DNA of 64,000 bases from a virus. The translations under genes and the position numbers were made by a program. Positions 44,178-53,419 of this stretch are shown here, in pieces (positions within the stretch are counted from its first letter, which is position 1; every line of letters begins with the position of its first letter). The stretch is taken from positions 1-64,000 of the IMG/VR virus record IMGVR_UViG_3300045971_000528, one strand, 5' to 3'. Below the pieces are notes generated by a model. The model was not told the DNA's origin and did no database searches. It saw only the letters and a program-made list of their open reading frames with translations.

Positions 44178-44713
44178 GCCGTTCTCTTGGTTGTGGCGAC
44201 TAGACGAATGTCTCCCTTGCCGCCGTAAAGCCGATGCCGGCTGTAGAGCTCCCCATCATCCCAGTAGACAGGACAGCGAATGCTCAGGTTCTTGAAATCA
44301 TGGGCCCAAATAGTGAAGAAGTCTCTTCGAACGAAACTCTCCCACAGGGCTTTCGAGTGCTTCGTGTGGGTCTTGCCTGATGCGACCAACATGCCATCAT
44401 CATTGATGACCGCGCGGTAGAGATCCTTGGCCAATCCCTGCCCACGAAATGCAGGGAAGATCCAGAGCTGCTCGACTTCCCATGCAGTCCAGCCGGGTCG
44501 CTGCTTGAGCATGAGCCAAGCCATCGGCCTTGGGCCTTTGGATGTCTCTCGGAAGATGGCGTAGTAGACTCGAAACCCAAGCCCGCAGCAAGGTAGCTGC
44601 ACCACTCCACGTTTCCCAACAAACCGATTGGGTCCTTGCTGGTGGCGACGCGTGATGATCTTGTAGGTCCATTCCCAGTATGGACGCGTGATGCTCTGCT
44701 CGAGAATCTGCAC
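44174..44713 (-). CDS. GNAT-family acetyltransferase
   Basis: IFPAFRGQGLAKDLY acetyl-CoA motif. Confidence 0.75.
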   Translation of the reverse strand: MQILEQSITRPYWEWTYKIITRRHQQGPNRFVGKRGVVQLPCCGLGFRVYYAIFRETSKGPRPMAWLMLKQRPGWTAWEVEQLWIFPAFRGQGLAKDLYRAVINDDGMLVASGKTHTKHSKALWESFVRRDFFTIWAHDFKNLSIRCPVYWDDGELYSRHRLYGGKGDIRLVATTKRTA

Positions 44714-44717
44714 TAGC

Positions 44718-44927
44718 TCACCACTTGTTGATGGGGCAGGAAGCTTCGAGCAGCTTCGTCTTCAGATCGAGGAAGCAACCGCAGAGGTCGCATTGGTGTG
44801 TCATTTTGCGATAGTGCGGACATGCTTGGCAGACCTTGACACGTTCGCCCGCCAGTTCACCATCAGCCATGGGTGGCAGCTCGCCCTTCATAAGCTTGCG
44901 TGCGATGTCTTTGAGGGTCAAACTCAT
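44718..44927 (-). CDS. Small Cys-rich protein (DUF6171-like)
   Basis: RVKVCQACP..CDLCGCF..K....SCPINKW. Confidence 0.75.
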   Translation of the reverse strand: MSLTLKDIARKLMKGELPPMADGELAGERVKVCQACPHYRKMTHQCDLCGCFLDLKTKLLEASCPINKW

Positions 44928-45337
44928 GAGCGCCTCTTGTTGCTGGAGAGGAGAGCTTGGAGCTCGTCCTCAGACACGTACACATCGTTGCCTTTGTTGT
45001 AGGCAGGCGCCACATTGAACTTCCGCTCGCGTGCAGCCAGTTCGCGAGCCAGCATCTCAGGATCCTCGGCGTACTGGAGCTCAGGTCGAGCCACAGTTTT
45101 GGTGCCACCGTGGCGGATGTACTTCGCTGCATGGTGTGGATGCAGACCTTCGCACCTGTCTGTGAGCATGCGGGGCGGGTTGCTCTTCGGCTTGATGGCC
45201 GTGATTGACGTCTGCCGAATGCCGCTCGACATGGTGCTCACAGACTGTAGCCATGCATTGTATTCGGCTTCAAGCTTCTGCCATCCCGGCTTGCGCTTCT
45301 GCTTGCCTGGTCGAGTGTGTATACGAAGTAGTCCCAT
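44924..45337 (-). CDS. Basic hypothetical phage protein
   Basis: VAPAYNKG motif; start 7 nt after TACAAT. Confidence 0.7.
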   Translation of the reverse strand: MGLLRIHTRPGKQKRKPGWQKLEAEYNAWLQSVSTMSSGIRQTSITAIKPKSNPPRMLTDRCEGLHPHHAAKYIRHGGTKTVARPELQYAEDPEMLARELAARERKFNVAPAYNKGNDVYVSEDELQALLSSNKRRS

Positions 45338-45374
45338 GATGCCATTGTATCACGACAATGGGTCGGAGCGACCT

Positions 45375-46079
45375 CTACTTGCGACGTTTGTAGAGGATGA
45401 GCGCCAACCCAGCGACCAGCAGCGACAGCGTTGATGGTTCAGGAATGCTGGGTACGACAACTGGAATGTAGATGGGCGGCGATGGCTGCCACACAGGCCA
45501 TCTGTTTGGATAGTCAGGCTCTTGCGGCACGATGCTGTTGGTCTGTGGCAAGGGGGCTGGCGGCACCATTGGAGTATCGGGCGGGGTCGTAGCACCGCCA
45601 CCTGGTATTTTGTCGCCAGTTCCTGGTGGAACCCCGGCACCACCACCACCACCACCACCCTTTGATTCTGGTTTCGGTTCAGGCTTTGGCGCCACGCGCG
45701 TGATTTGGCTGAGGTTTCCGCAGATAGTGGGGACAATTACACAATACCCGTCGCTGCAATAGACCATACCACGTTCGAGAGCATCCGGCTTCCACTTGTC
45801 GCGAGTAACGGTAGCGCACATCTGGTTTCGTCCAAAGTGCATCCCACGCAGATCAGTGTACTCGTGCTTGCCCTTGATTTCAGTCTTCGTAATGTCAACG
45901 ACTTCATCGAACTTGCGCTTTGCAATCCGCTGTTGCAGCCGATCGCGAGTCTCTTGTGGGATGTCGGTGTAGTGCTGCACTGCAGACGGCACATCACCCT
46001 GAAACCGGTTCGCCCCTGGATTGTCCCAAGAGCATGACGGGGTTGAGATGATAGCGGCGAGAGCGAGGGCACTGAGCAT
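45375..46079 (-). CDS. MHFG-family PEP-CTERM protein
   Basis: CSWDNPGANRF.GDV..AV..Y.DIP, MHFG, VPTICGNLS, IPEPSTLSLLVAGL..YKRRK. Confidence 0.9.
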   Translation of the reverse strand: MLSALALAAIISTPSCSWDNPGANRFQGDVPSAVQHYTDIPQETRDRLQQRIAKRKFDEVVDITKTEIKGKHEYTDLRGMHFGRNQMCATVTRDKWKPDALERGMVYCSDGYCVIVPTICGNLSQITRVAPKPEPKPESKGGGGGGGAGVPPGTGDKIPGGGATTPPDTPMVPPAPLPQTNSIVPQEPDYPNRWPVWQPSPPIYIPVVVPSIPEPSTLSLLVAGLALILYKRRK

Positions 46080-46093
46080 GCCCTATTTATGGC

Positions 46094-46399
46094 TCAGCGC
46101 ATGTCGTGCCCAGGCTGATTCACGTGTACCGTGTAGTTGTTTTCCGACAACCACGTTCCATCGACCTCTTCAGCATCGATGCAAGGCACCACAGACTTCC
46201 CCGTTTTGTTCTTGAGGATCCTATGGTCGGTCAGATCGTAGATCCAACTTGCCTCAAATGTCAGCCGCTGTGGAAGCGCGGCACCATTATCGAACCTCGG
46301 CCGAGGAAGGATGACATCGTACTCGATCCCGCCAAGACGCCGACCCACTACGTGATAGTAGTGGGTCTTTACACGCACCCTGACGAGTTCGCGGGTCAC
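46094..46399 (-). CDS. Hypothetical protein
   Basis: GTGA-coupled ORF. Confidence 0.55.
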   Translation of the reverse strand: MTRELVRVRVKTHYYHVVGRRLGGIEYDVILPRPRFDNGAALPQRLTFEASWIYDLTDHRILKNKTGKSVVPCIDAEEVDGTWLSENNYTVHVNQPGHDMR

Positions 46400-46665
46400 G
46401 CCTCGACTTGTTCAGGCTGAGCAGCCTTGCCGGCACCACGGAGAATGCGCTTGCCGGCGGTCTTCTCGGCCTTGCCGCCAGACGACTCGTGCTCCGCCTT
46501 AATCATCTCGGCGATGCGCTTCAGCACTTCGGGATTGTCCCGATAGCCCCACTTCTTGCCATGGGACGGCGTGGTGCGAGCCGGACCCTTCTCACCGTTC
46601 TTGTGCATCAAAGTAATGCTGCGAGCCTTGGCGAGGTTCCGGGCGTTCTTGCTGTTGCGGGACAT
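46396..46665 (-). CDS. Small basic protein
   Basis: GGAG SD; 89 aa. Confidence 0.7.
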   Translation of the reverse strand: MSRNSKNARNLAKARSITLMHKNGEKGPARTTPSHGKKWGYRDNPEVLKRIAEMIKAEHESSGGKAEKTAGKRILRGAGKAAQPEQVEA

Positions 46666-46709
46666 GTGGTCTCCAGTTGAATAGATCTATTGTAAGTCGA
46701 GAGCCGGGT

Positions 46710-47816
46710 TTAGCAGGCTCTTTCGTCAGGTTGCAGCATCGAGATCAGAGCACCGATGCGGGCTTGTTCGATGCCCTCACCGATTTCCTTGCCGCTCATG
46801 CCATCGGCCACGAACACGGGTGCCAGTTGAGAAGCCAGCGGTTGCGCGAGGCTGAAGCCACCCACCATTTCGCGGGCAGTGAATGTCTGCGCTGTGCCCA
46901 ACTTCGCCGCGCCGTAGCTGATCAGCGTGAACAGCTCCAGGCGCTTTTCATTCTGCCAGCCGATGCGCCGCAGCAATGCACTCAAATCGCGGGCGGTATG
47001 ATTGGCTGTGCGGTTCTGGCTGATGAACTGCGCAAATGCCCAACCTTCGCTACCGCCGACCTGCATCGAGAACGCTTGATCACTTTGCGCGATGGCTGTG
47101 AACGCCAGCACACGTTCGTCCTTGTTGAAGTTCTGGCGAACCCAACCAGCAACATCGGCGAGTCGCAAGGTGTTCATGCCGCGGAAGAAGCTGACGTGCT
47201 GGGTAACCTTCAGCTCATGCAGCATCTTGAAGAAGCGCATGCAGCCCTTGACCGTGCACGTCTTCAGCACCTTGACAATCTCGGCAGCGAAGCGCTCCCA
47301 CGGCAGCTCATTCAGCTCGCCGCGTGCGACCATTTCCTGCGCGAATAACAGCGTGACGTCAGCGACCGTGAAATCCTCGAAGCGACCGTAGAAGCGAGCC
47401 AAACGAACGACGCGCAATGGGTCTTCCTTGAAGGCACTCGACACATGGCGTAGGATGCGCTTGTTGATGTCGTTGATGCCGTCGAACGGGTCGATGAACT
47501 CGCTGGTCTCTTCGTCCATGGCGATCGCATTGATCGTCAAGTCACGACGGCCCAGGTCGTCGGCCAGCGTGACATCTTCGTCGTAGTGCACCGCGAAACC
47601 GTGGTAGCCGGCCCCCGTCTTGCGCTCCGTGCGAGCGAGAGCGTATTCTTCACCCGTCGTGGGATGCAGGAAGACAGGGAAATCGGCACCGACTTGTTCG
47701 TAGCCCATGGCCAGCATCTCTTGCGGGGATGCACCAACGACTACATAGTCACGGTCCTGGATGGAGTTGCCCATCAACAGGTCACGAACTGCGCCACCAA
47801 CGAGGTATTGTTTCAT
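46710..47816 (-). CDS. cca: tRNA nucleotidyltransferase (CCA-adding family)
   Basis: YLVGGAVRD, DRDYVVVG, EYALARTERK, RRDLTINA, EDPLRVVRLARF, ER. Confidence 0.92.
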   Translation of the reverse strand: MKQYLVGGAVRDLLMGNSIQDRDYVVVGASPQEMLAMGYEQVGADFPVFLHPTTGEEYALARTERKTGAGYHGFAVHYDEDVTLADDLGRRDLTINAIAMDEETSEFIDPFDGINDINKRILRHVSSAFKEDPLRVVRLARFYGRFEDFTVADVTLLFAQEMVARGELNELPWERFAAEIVKVLKTCTVKGCMRFFKMLHELKVTQHVSFFRGMNTLRLADVAGWVRQNFNKDERVLAFTAIAQSDQAFSMQVGGSEGWAFAQFISQNRTANHTARDLSALLRRIGWQNEKRLELFTLISYGAAKLGTAQTFTAREMVGGFSLAQPLASQLAPVFVADGMSGKEIGEGIEQARIGALISMLQPDERAC

Positions 47817-47822
47817 GGTGCT

Positions 47823-47865
47823 ATTCTATCACAGCGGGTAGGAATGTACACTACGAAAGTGTTAC
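47823..47865 (-). promoter_or_regulatory. GTTACA-box promoter for cca (leaderless)
   Basis: GTAACA-N9-TGTACA-N16-TAGAAT; ATG at the 7th nt downstream. Confidence 0.7.
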
Positions 47866-48031
47866 CGCGGCCGATGGATCTGTTCGTGGGTTTCGATTTT
47901 GTGGCACTTACGGCAGATGTGCCGCTCAGACCAGAAGCGGTAACCAGACCGCAGGTCTTGATCCTCGACGGTGTCAAGGTACCGCCACTGGTGATTGCAC
48001 CAGAGCATGCTTTTGATCCAAGCTAGGATGT

Positions 48032-48433
48032 TCATGCCCAGTCCAGCAACATGCCCACGTCTAGTTCGAGAACGATGGCATGTCGATCTTGAAGGGTGAT
48101 GTCAGCCCAGTCCAAACAGGCGGGGTCGATCGCGCCGTCCTTCATGAGCATGTTCAGCGAGATGCGGAGGTTGGTGTCGGTGATGGCATGACCGTGAATC
48201 TCGGAGTCGTAGCCTTCCAGCCGAAGCTGCGCGACTGCATGAATGTCGCTTGGGCTGTCGTCATCATCAGCCTGCATGGACACACCGACCCCGGTGATCT
48301 TGCAGTAGCGGGGGAATTCAGACTTGCCGTGCTTGCCGTTGCCATCTTCACCAAACATGAAGATGGTCTTGCCGAGCATGGCACGTTCAAGCAGGATCCT
48401 GCAGTCCTGGCGAAGTTCTTCAAGAATTGTCAT
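48032..48433 (-). CDS. Hypothetical protein
   Basis: 133 aa ORF. Confidence 0.65.
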   Translation of the reverse strand: MTILEELRQDCRILLERAMLGKTIFMFGEDGNGKHGKSEFPRYCKITGVGVSMQADDDDSPSDIHAVAQLRLEGYDSEIHGHAITDTNLRISLNMLMKDGAIDPACLDWADITLQDRHAIVLELDVGMLLDWA

Positions 48434-48581
48434 TGAGTTGGCGCTGCAGATCGCGCTTCAGGTTCTGGCGGTTGAAGTCCTTCGGCCCACGCATACGACC
48501 GCCCTTAGCAGCAAGCAACACATCGTTGAGCTGCTTGGCGCGGGGTTTGGGGATATGAATGGTGAAGGTGGTCTTTTGCAT
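48420..48581 (-). CDS. Small basic protein (53 aa)
   Basis: MQKTTFTIHIPKPRAKQLNDVLLAAKGGRMRGPKDFNRQNLK..; directly downstream of a promoter. Confidence 0.6.
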   Translation of the reverse strand: MQKTTFTIHIPKPRAKQLNDVLLAAKGGRMRGPKDFNRQNLKRDLQRQLNDNS

Positions 48582-48589
48582 GATGAATC

Positions 48590-48633
48590 ATTATACATCG
48601 GGTACGTGCACATGTACACCGTCAAGATGTAAC
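48590..48633 (-). promoter_or_regulatory. GTTACA-box promoter
   Basis: GTTACA-N9-TGTACA-N17-TATAAT. Confidence 0.75.
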
Positions 48634-48834
48634 CTCAACTGTTAGATCCCACATAGCGTTTTCGATGTCGAGATCGGCCGCCAGGATCTTACAGCCCGGA
48701 GATTGCTGCTGCGCTTGCGCCACCATCCACTGCCGTTCGTCAGGCAGAACACCAAGCGCCGTACCCATGATGGCATGGTCGGCGATGATGTCCTCTTGCT
48801 CAGGACTACATGGAACTCGAATGGTCGTCATCAC
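48622..48834 (-). CDS. Hypothetical protein
   Basis: 70 aa ORF coupled to the phosphatase gene. Confidence 0.55.
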   Translation of the reverse strand: MMTTIRVPCSPEQEDIIADHAIMGTALGVLPDERQWMVAQAQQQSPGCKILAADLDIENAMWDLTVEVTS

Positions 48835-49784
48835 TCTATCTCGTCAAATGAGGTGGCGCCCTCAGCCCTCTTGGCTGGTGGGGTATCGATGACAAGAGGT
48901 TCAACCTCCCAGAATTGCGTTTCGGTGGCTTGATAGAACTTCCATGTGCCAAGCTCAACGCACGTCATGCGCTCCCAACCAGTAGCATCCGTGTCGTACG
49001 AGCCGTAGGCGCATGTGTCGATGTTCGTCTGCCCGATGATGGTGAGTGGGCGCTGCACGATCGTGTGACCACTGATGATGTGACTCAACTTGTCGTTGAA
49101 CATCTTCGGCTTGTTGCCATTGAGGTAGACCGTACGTTTGATCTTCTCGACGTTGGACAGGTTGGCCTTGTAGAAGTTATAGAAGAGGAAGCGGCCCCAC
49201 ACAATGTGGTCGCCGTCTCGGGTCTGTACATTGTTCAGCGCAAGCACCTTGGCTGGGTCAGCAAGGATCTCATCAGTCACCTCATGTCCAGGTGGGAACT
49301 CGGCGTGGATCACGTGGAACTTCTTGCCATCAGGTCGTTCGATGGTGATGAGGAGCGGAAGCTCCTCAACAAGCGGGAACAATTCAAACAAGGCCTTGCT
49401 GTCTGCTTCAATGACCGGACGCTTCGATTCGTCTGTGATGAAGCTAGTGCGGTGCTGCCAATCCTTGTAGGCCTGAATGCCCCATGCCCCGCCATTCTGA
49501 ACCCAGAACTGGCCCATGTACCCGCCATTGAATGCCTCGAGCATCATCTGCTCGTGGTTGGCAAGCACACAGTGGAACCACGACTCGTTCAACAGCTGAA
49601 GACAGCGAAGACTGTCAGGCCCGCGATCTACCAGATCGGCAACGCTGACGAGACGATCCTTGGTAGGATCAAACCTAACGCCAGCCAGCAGATTCACCAA
49701 GACCGATAAGGATCCGTGAATGTCCCCAACCACGAAGTCTCTGCCTTCATGGTTGGGTGGTAGGGTCTTGATTGGATTTCGCAT
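48831..49784 (-). CDS. Calcineurin-like Ser/Thr protein phosphatase (lambda NinI/PphA-like)
   Basis: GDIHG, DLVDRGPDS, ANHE, IHAE, SGHT, IDT. Confidence 0.9.
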   Translation of the reverse strand: MRNPIKTLPPNHEGRDFVVGDIHGSLSVLVNLLAGVRFDPTKDRLVSVADLVDRGPDSLRCLQLLNESWFHCVLANHEQMMLEAFNGGYMGQFWVQNGGAWGIQAYKDWQHRTSFITDESKRPVIEADSKALFELFPLVEELPLLITIERPDGKKFHVIHAEFPPGHEVTDEILADPAKVLALNNVQTRDGDHIVWGRFLFYNFYKANLSNVEKIKRTVYLNGNKPKMFNDKLSHIISGHTIVQRPLTIIGQTNIDTCAYGSYDTDATGWERMTCVELGTWKFYQATETQFWEVEPLVIDTPPAKRAEGATSFDEIE

Positions 49785-49813
49785 TCGATACTGCCAAAGG
49801 TGAGGAGTTGTAT

Positions 49814-49999
49814 TTACACCCTCAACCCCTCGACAATATCGTGCAGTTGGTCAGGATGGTCGATGAGGTATTGTTTGATCGCGTAGAGGACACACTGGTC
49901 CAGCCCGCCGATTTGACCGTTGCAGCGGTCATTGGCGTTCTGGACAACAGTGAGAACCTCCTCGCCCGTGATTGGGTATTCGAGGAGGTTACGCATCAT
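49814..49999 (-). CDS. Hypothetical protein
   Basis: MRNLLEYPIT.EE. Confidence 0.55.
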   Translation of the reverse strand: MMRNLLEYPITGEEVLTVVQNANDRCNGQIGGLDQCVLYAIKQYLIDHPDQLHDIVEGLRV

Positions 50000-50808
50000 G
50001 CCAGCTTGAAGACGTCGCGGAAGGCGACCTTGACGATGCGGCCCGACAGATTGACCATCACGTCGGCAACGACACGGAAGAACTCGGTCAGCAGGTCACC
50101 GAAGATGAGGCTGAGAGCGTAGGCCGGCCACAGGAACGTCCAAGCACCCACGTGTTCGGTCAGTTCACCGCGGTTGATCTTCGGCTCCACGCTCAGCTTG
50201 TCTGCACCGAGAACCGTGCCGATGATGCGGTCTTCTTGACATTGAGCGCGGAAGCAAGAATTGGTGATGAAGGACTTGATGGCATCGACTGCAGTCTGGA
50301 AGGCACCCCATTCGGCACCCCGTTCACGAGCTTCGCGGATCAGATCGGCGTGGGAGATGTCAACCCGGCCTTCATTGTCCTTGAAGCGAACGGATTCGGT
50401 CGTCTTCAGCCAGTCAGACCATAGACCAGCCAAATGGCGAGCAGAGCGGCGGATGGTGAGACCGAACTCGAGACACGAGTAGACCAAGCCAAGGCCGAGG
50501 TAGGCAGCCAGCGGCGCCCAGAACGACCAGTTGCGAACGACTTCCCACAGCACGACGCGGTCTTGCGCCTTCGTGATCACCGTAGCAGCATCCTTGCCGG
50601 TACCCATCACGGCATCAACGTGCGCAGGACCAATGAAGGTGAACTCCGGCCAGTAGTACCAAGCCAGTGCCACAAGGCCGACACCGATAAGGTACCACTT
50701 TGGTTCCTCATTGGTCGTACGTCGGTCGAATGCCGTGGCAACGATGAGCGCCAGGAAAAACGCGCTGATGAGCGCCAGTTCGAGAAGGCCAAGACCCAGG
50801 AAAATCAT
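49996..50808 (-). CDS. Multi-pass membrane protein
   Basis: Four hydrophobic segments; WTFLWP. Confidence 0.75.
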   Translation of the reverse strand: MIFLGLGLLELALISAFFLALIVATAFDRRTTNEEPKWYLIGVGLVALAWYYWPEFTFIGPAHVDAVMGTGKDAATVITKAQDRVVLWEVVRNWSFWAPLAAYLGLGLVYSCLEFGLTIRRSARHLAGLWSDWLKTTESVRFKDNEGRVDISHADLIREARERGAEWGAFQTAVDAIKSFITNSCFRAQCQEDRIIGTVLGADKLSVEPKINRGELTEHVGAWTFLWPAYALSLIFGDLLTEFFRVVADVMVNLSGRIVKVAFRDVFKLA

Positions 50809-50869
50809 GGAGTTGCTCCAGTTGTTGAGAGTTTATTCTAACACTCTCAACTGTTGGAGCGACCTGGTA

Positions 50870-51148
50870 TCAGGTCCGGTAGTGCATCCTCGACAAGCGG
50901 AAGATGCGTGCCGCCAGGCGTTGGTTCGCCATCATCTGCACAGTCCAGGCCGTCTGCTTGAACTTCTCGTAGTCCTCACGACTGAAGCCGAGGGTGCAGA
51001 AGTTGCCGTAGTCGTCGACTGCGTTCAGGCGGACCTGTGCAGTCGGCAGTTCGATCTCGCAGCAGGGGCAGGGACCGGGATTTGGCTCACGTGGTTGGTC
51101 CGTCAGCCAATACTTGTTGGTGTGTTCCCAATCAAAGATGCGAATCAT
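50870..51148 (-). CDS. Hypothetical protein
   Basis: ATGA-coupled ORF. Confidence 0.55.
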   Translation of the reverse strand: MIRIFDWEHTNKYWLTDQPREPNPGPCPCCEIELPTAQVRLNAVDDYGNFCTLGFSREDYEKFKQTAWTVQMMANQRLAARIFRLSRMHYRT

Positions 51149-51585
51149 GCCAACCCCTTGTCGAAAAGACAACCACCGTGCAAGCAGGCAACGCCCGCCG
51201 CTTCATTGTGTAGCGCCTCAACCCGCATGCATCCCTTCTTGCAGGGGTGCACCTTCGGCTTGCGATCTTCGCGCTTGCGCAGGAGAACCACATCACTGAC
51301 CTTGTAGCAGAGGATGGCAAGCTGGTCGTAGTAGTCCATCGTCATGTCGATGATGGCGCTGATCTGATCGTTCGTGGCCATGATGCGCACTGGGATCATG
51401 CGCTCGATGAAGAGCTCACCGTCCGGTGCCACCCACTGTCCCTTGGCGGGGGTGAGGATGGTGAGGCCGCCAGAAATCATGCGAACCTTGGCATCCCAAA
51501 CCCGGTGGTAGCGGGTCGTATAGGGCTTACCGCCGATGCGACGAACTGTCGGCACCAGAATTTCCCACATGTATGGTGTGTTCAT
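51145..51585 (-). CDS. Hypothetical protein
   Basis: WEILVPT, GGLTILTPAKGQW, ERMIPVRI. Confidence 0.7.
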   Translation of the reverse strand: MNTPYMWEILVPTVRRIGGKPYTTRYHRVWDAKVRMISGGLTILTPAKGQWVAPDGELFIERMIPVRIMATNDQISAIIDMTMDYYDQLAILCYKVSDVVLLRKREDRKPKVHPCKKGCMRVEALHNEAAGVACLHGGCLFDKGLA

Positions 51586-52043
51586 CTCAGTTTGAGTTCC
51601 GCGTATGCTTCATCTTCGTTGATGTCGAGGTCCATGGAGAAGCTTCTGGCCAAAGCCTGCATCTTCTTGTTGGTCCGCAGGCAGGACACGAAGATCAACT
51701 CCGTGCCATCTGCTCGGCAGTCAGCGATGATCTGCGCCATGAGCATCTTGCCCAGCCCCTGTGTACGGTGCGCTTCATCTACGGTGAATGCGGCCTCAAC
51801 ACTCTTGCGGCCACTAACGTTGATGTGGCATGCAACAGCCATGGCTGCAAGCTGGCCTTCATGGAAGATGCCATAGGCGGTGTCTGTCTCGAAATTGAGG
51901 ATGGTGTCGATGTAGTTCTCGACGCCCCAGTCGCTGAGGGTAGTGCAGAACCGCATGTGACGGTCTTCTGGGCTCAGGCGAAGGTAGTGTTTTGTGATAG
52001 CCGGACGGTCTTCTACCGTCAGCATTTTGAGTGTGTGCGTCAT
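51582..52043 (-). CDS. GNAT-family acetyltransferase
   Basis: LSPEDRHMRF, EAAFTVDEAHRTQGLGK, N..MQALAR. Confidence 0.88.
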   Translation of the reverse strand: MTHTLKMLTVEDRPAITKHYLRLSPEDRHMRFCTTLSDWGVENYIDTILNFETDTAYGIFHEGQLAAMAVACHINVSGRKSVEAAFTVDEAHRTQGLGKMLMAQIIADCRADGTELIFVSCLRTNKKMQALARSFSMDLDINEDEAYAELKLR

Positions 52044-52059
52044 GATGTGTGATGTGTAG

Positions 52060-52134
52060 TGGTCTCTCTGGCAGGAATCGGACCTGCGTCTCAGGCTTAG
52101 GAGGCCCGCGTATTCTCCACTATACGACAGAGAG
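52060..52134 (-). tRNA. tRNA-Arg(CCU)
   Basis: CGGGC-CU CCU AA-GCCUG, ACCA end; TAAATA at 52142-52147 immediately upstream. Confidence 0.9.
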
Positions 52135-52144
52135 TGTGTCCTAT

Positions 52145-52399
52145 TTACTCACCCACGAGAATCAGATTGAGACAGCCGTCATCGTCGGCAACTACCAGGC
52201 TGCCGAACTTCCACGTTCTGCCACCAGACCATTCGCCAGTGCGGTCAGTCAGATCGAGCTTCAATCGCTGTTCCGAGCCCAGTTCGCGTAGCTCCTTGAC
52301 GGTGCCCTTGGATGGCATGAAGGCGGTCACAAGTAGATCGCCTTTGTGCGCGATCGTGGTGATGCGACTCGCGTGAAGCATGATGCGTATGAAGTCCAT
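52145..52399 (-). CDS. Hypothetical protein
   Basis: Start 7 nt after TACAAT. Confidence 0.6.
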   Translation of the reverse strand: MDFIRIMLHASRITTIAHKGDLLVTAFMPSKGTVKELRELGSEQRLKLDLTDRTGEWSGGRTWKFGSLVVADDDGCLNLILVGE

Positions 52400-52433
52400 G
52401 GTTGTATTGTATCACAACCATGGACCAAGAATG

Positions 52434-53192
52434 TTACCGCTTGCGCTTCTTCCTGACCGCGGTTACCTTCACAGGTACGTAGAAGCCAGTGTCGCCCAAC
52501 ATCCGCCGAAGCTCGATCAAGTCTGACCATCGCTCCTTCGTATTGGCTGCACCGAGGATGACGACGGTAACCACCGCCTTGTTGATCTCGGTGATGACGA
52601 CCAAGCAGCCGCCAGAAGAGTTGATGAAGCCAGTTTTGGAGAGGTAGAATGACCAACCTTCCTTCGTCAGGAGCGGATTGGTGCTGTTGCGCTTGCCAAC
52701 TTCGGTGACTGTACGTGTCGAGATCTCAGCAACATCTGTCTGGTAGAGCTCCTTCGCCAGCAAAGCAAGCTGCCTCGCCGAGGAGGTGTTCTGCGGGCTC
52801 AGACCGGATGGCTCAACGATGGTGGCGTACGACGATTGATTCTCGGGAACTGTTCGGCCAAGAGCAACAGCGGCAACATTGTCAGAGGAGACGAGAGCAA
52901 GCTCCTCGAGCTGCTTGCGAGTGTACATTTGGCCGGGTTTCAGAGCCGAATGCTTGCCACCAGCGGCATCACGGAAGTCGAACTTCGAGATGCGAATGAG
53001 CTCCAGCGGATCCAGTGGGAGTGAGTTGTTGACAACCACCAGCTTGGAGATAGATGCAATGGGCCGGATGTCGTCAGCGTTCTTCTCGAGAAGCACGTTA
53101 CCATCCATGTCCTGCACAAGATACGTCGACGCTGTCAGAGCGAAAGCATGGCCTGTCCAGCAAAGGACAAGTGCAAGCAGAAACCGGGTCAT
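52434..53192 (-). CDS. Peptidase S11 D-Ala-D-Ala endo/carboxypeptidase (PBP7-like)
   Basis: Signal peptide; SxxK (RPIASISKL), SDN, KTG triad. Confidence 0.9.
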   Translation of the reverse strand: MTRFLLALVLCWTGHAFALTASTYLVQDMDGNVLLEKNADDIRPIASISKLVVVNNSLPLDPLELIRISKFDFRDAAGGKHSALKPGQMYTRKQLEELALVSSDNVAAVALGRTVPENQSSYATIVEPSGLSPQNTSSARQLALLAKELYQTDVAEISTRTVTEVGKRNSTNPLLTKEGWSFYLSKTGFINSSGGCLVVITEINKAVVTVVILGAANTKERWSDLIELRRMLGDTGFYVPVKVTAVRKKRKR

Positions 53193-53419
53193 CTCTTGTC
53201 CAGGTTCCAGAAGGCAGTGTCGACGAGCGCCTGCTGTTCCTTCTCGTTGTACTCACCGTTGCCGCGACGGTGGCTGTAGGACCACGTGCCGATCTTGTTG
53301 AGCAGCGCAACGACCGCTTGGTGATTCATCGTCACTTCACGATGGAACTGGAGGTCATGAAGAAGCTGCTCGTAGACAGCGATCTTCTCTTTCTGGGTGG
53401 GGTGTTTTGGTGCAGTCAT
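53189..53419 (-). CDS. Hypothetical protein
   Basis: 76 aa coupled ORF. Confidence 0.6.
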   Translation of the reverse strand: MTAPKHPTQKEKIAVYEQLLHDLQFHREVTMNHQAVVALLNKIGTWSYSHRRGNGEYNEKEQQALVDTAFWNLDKR

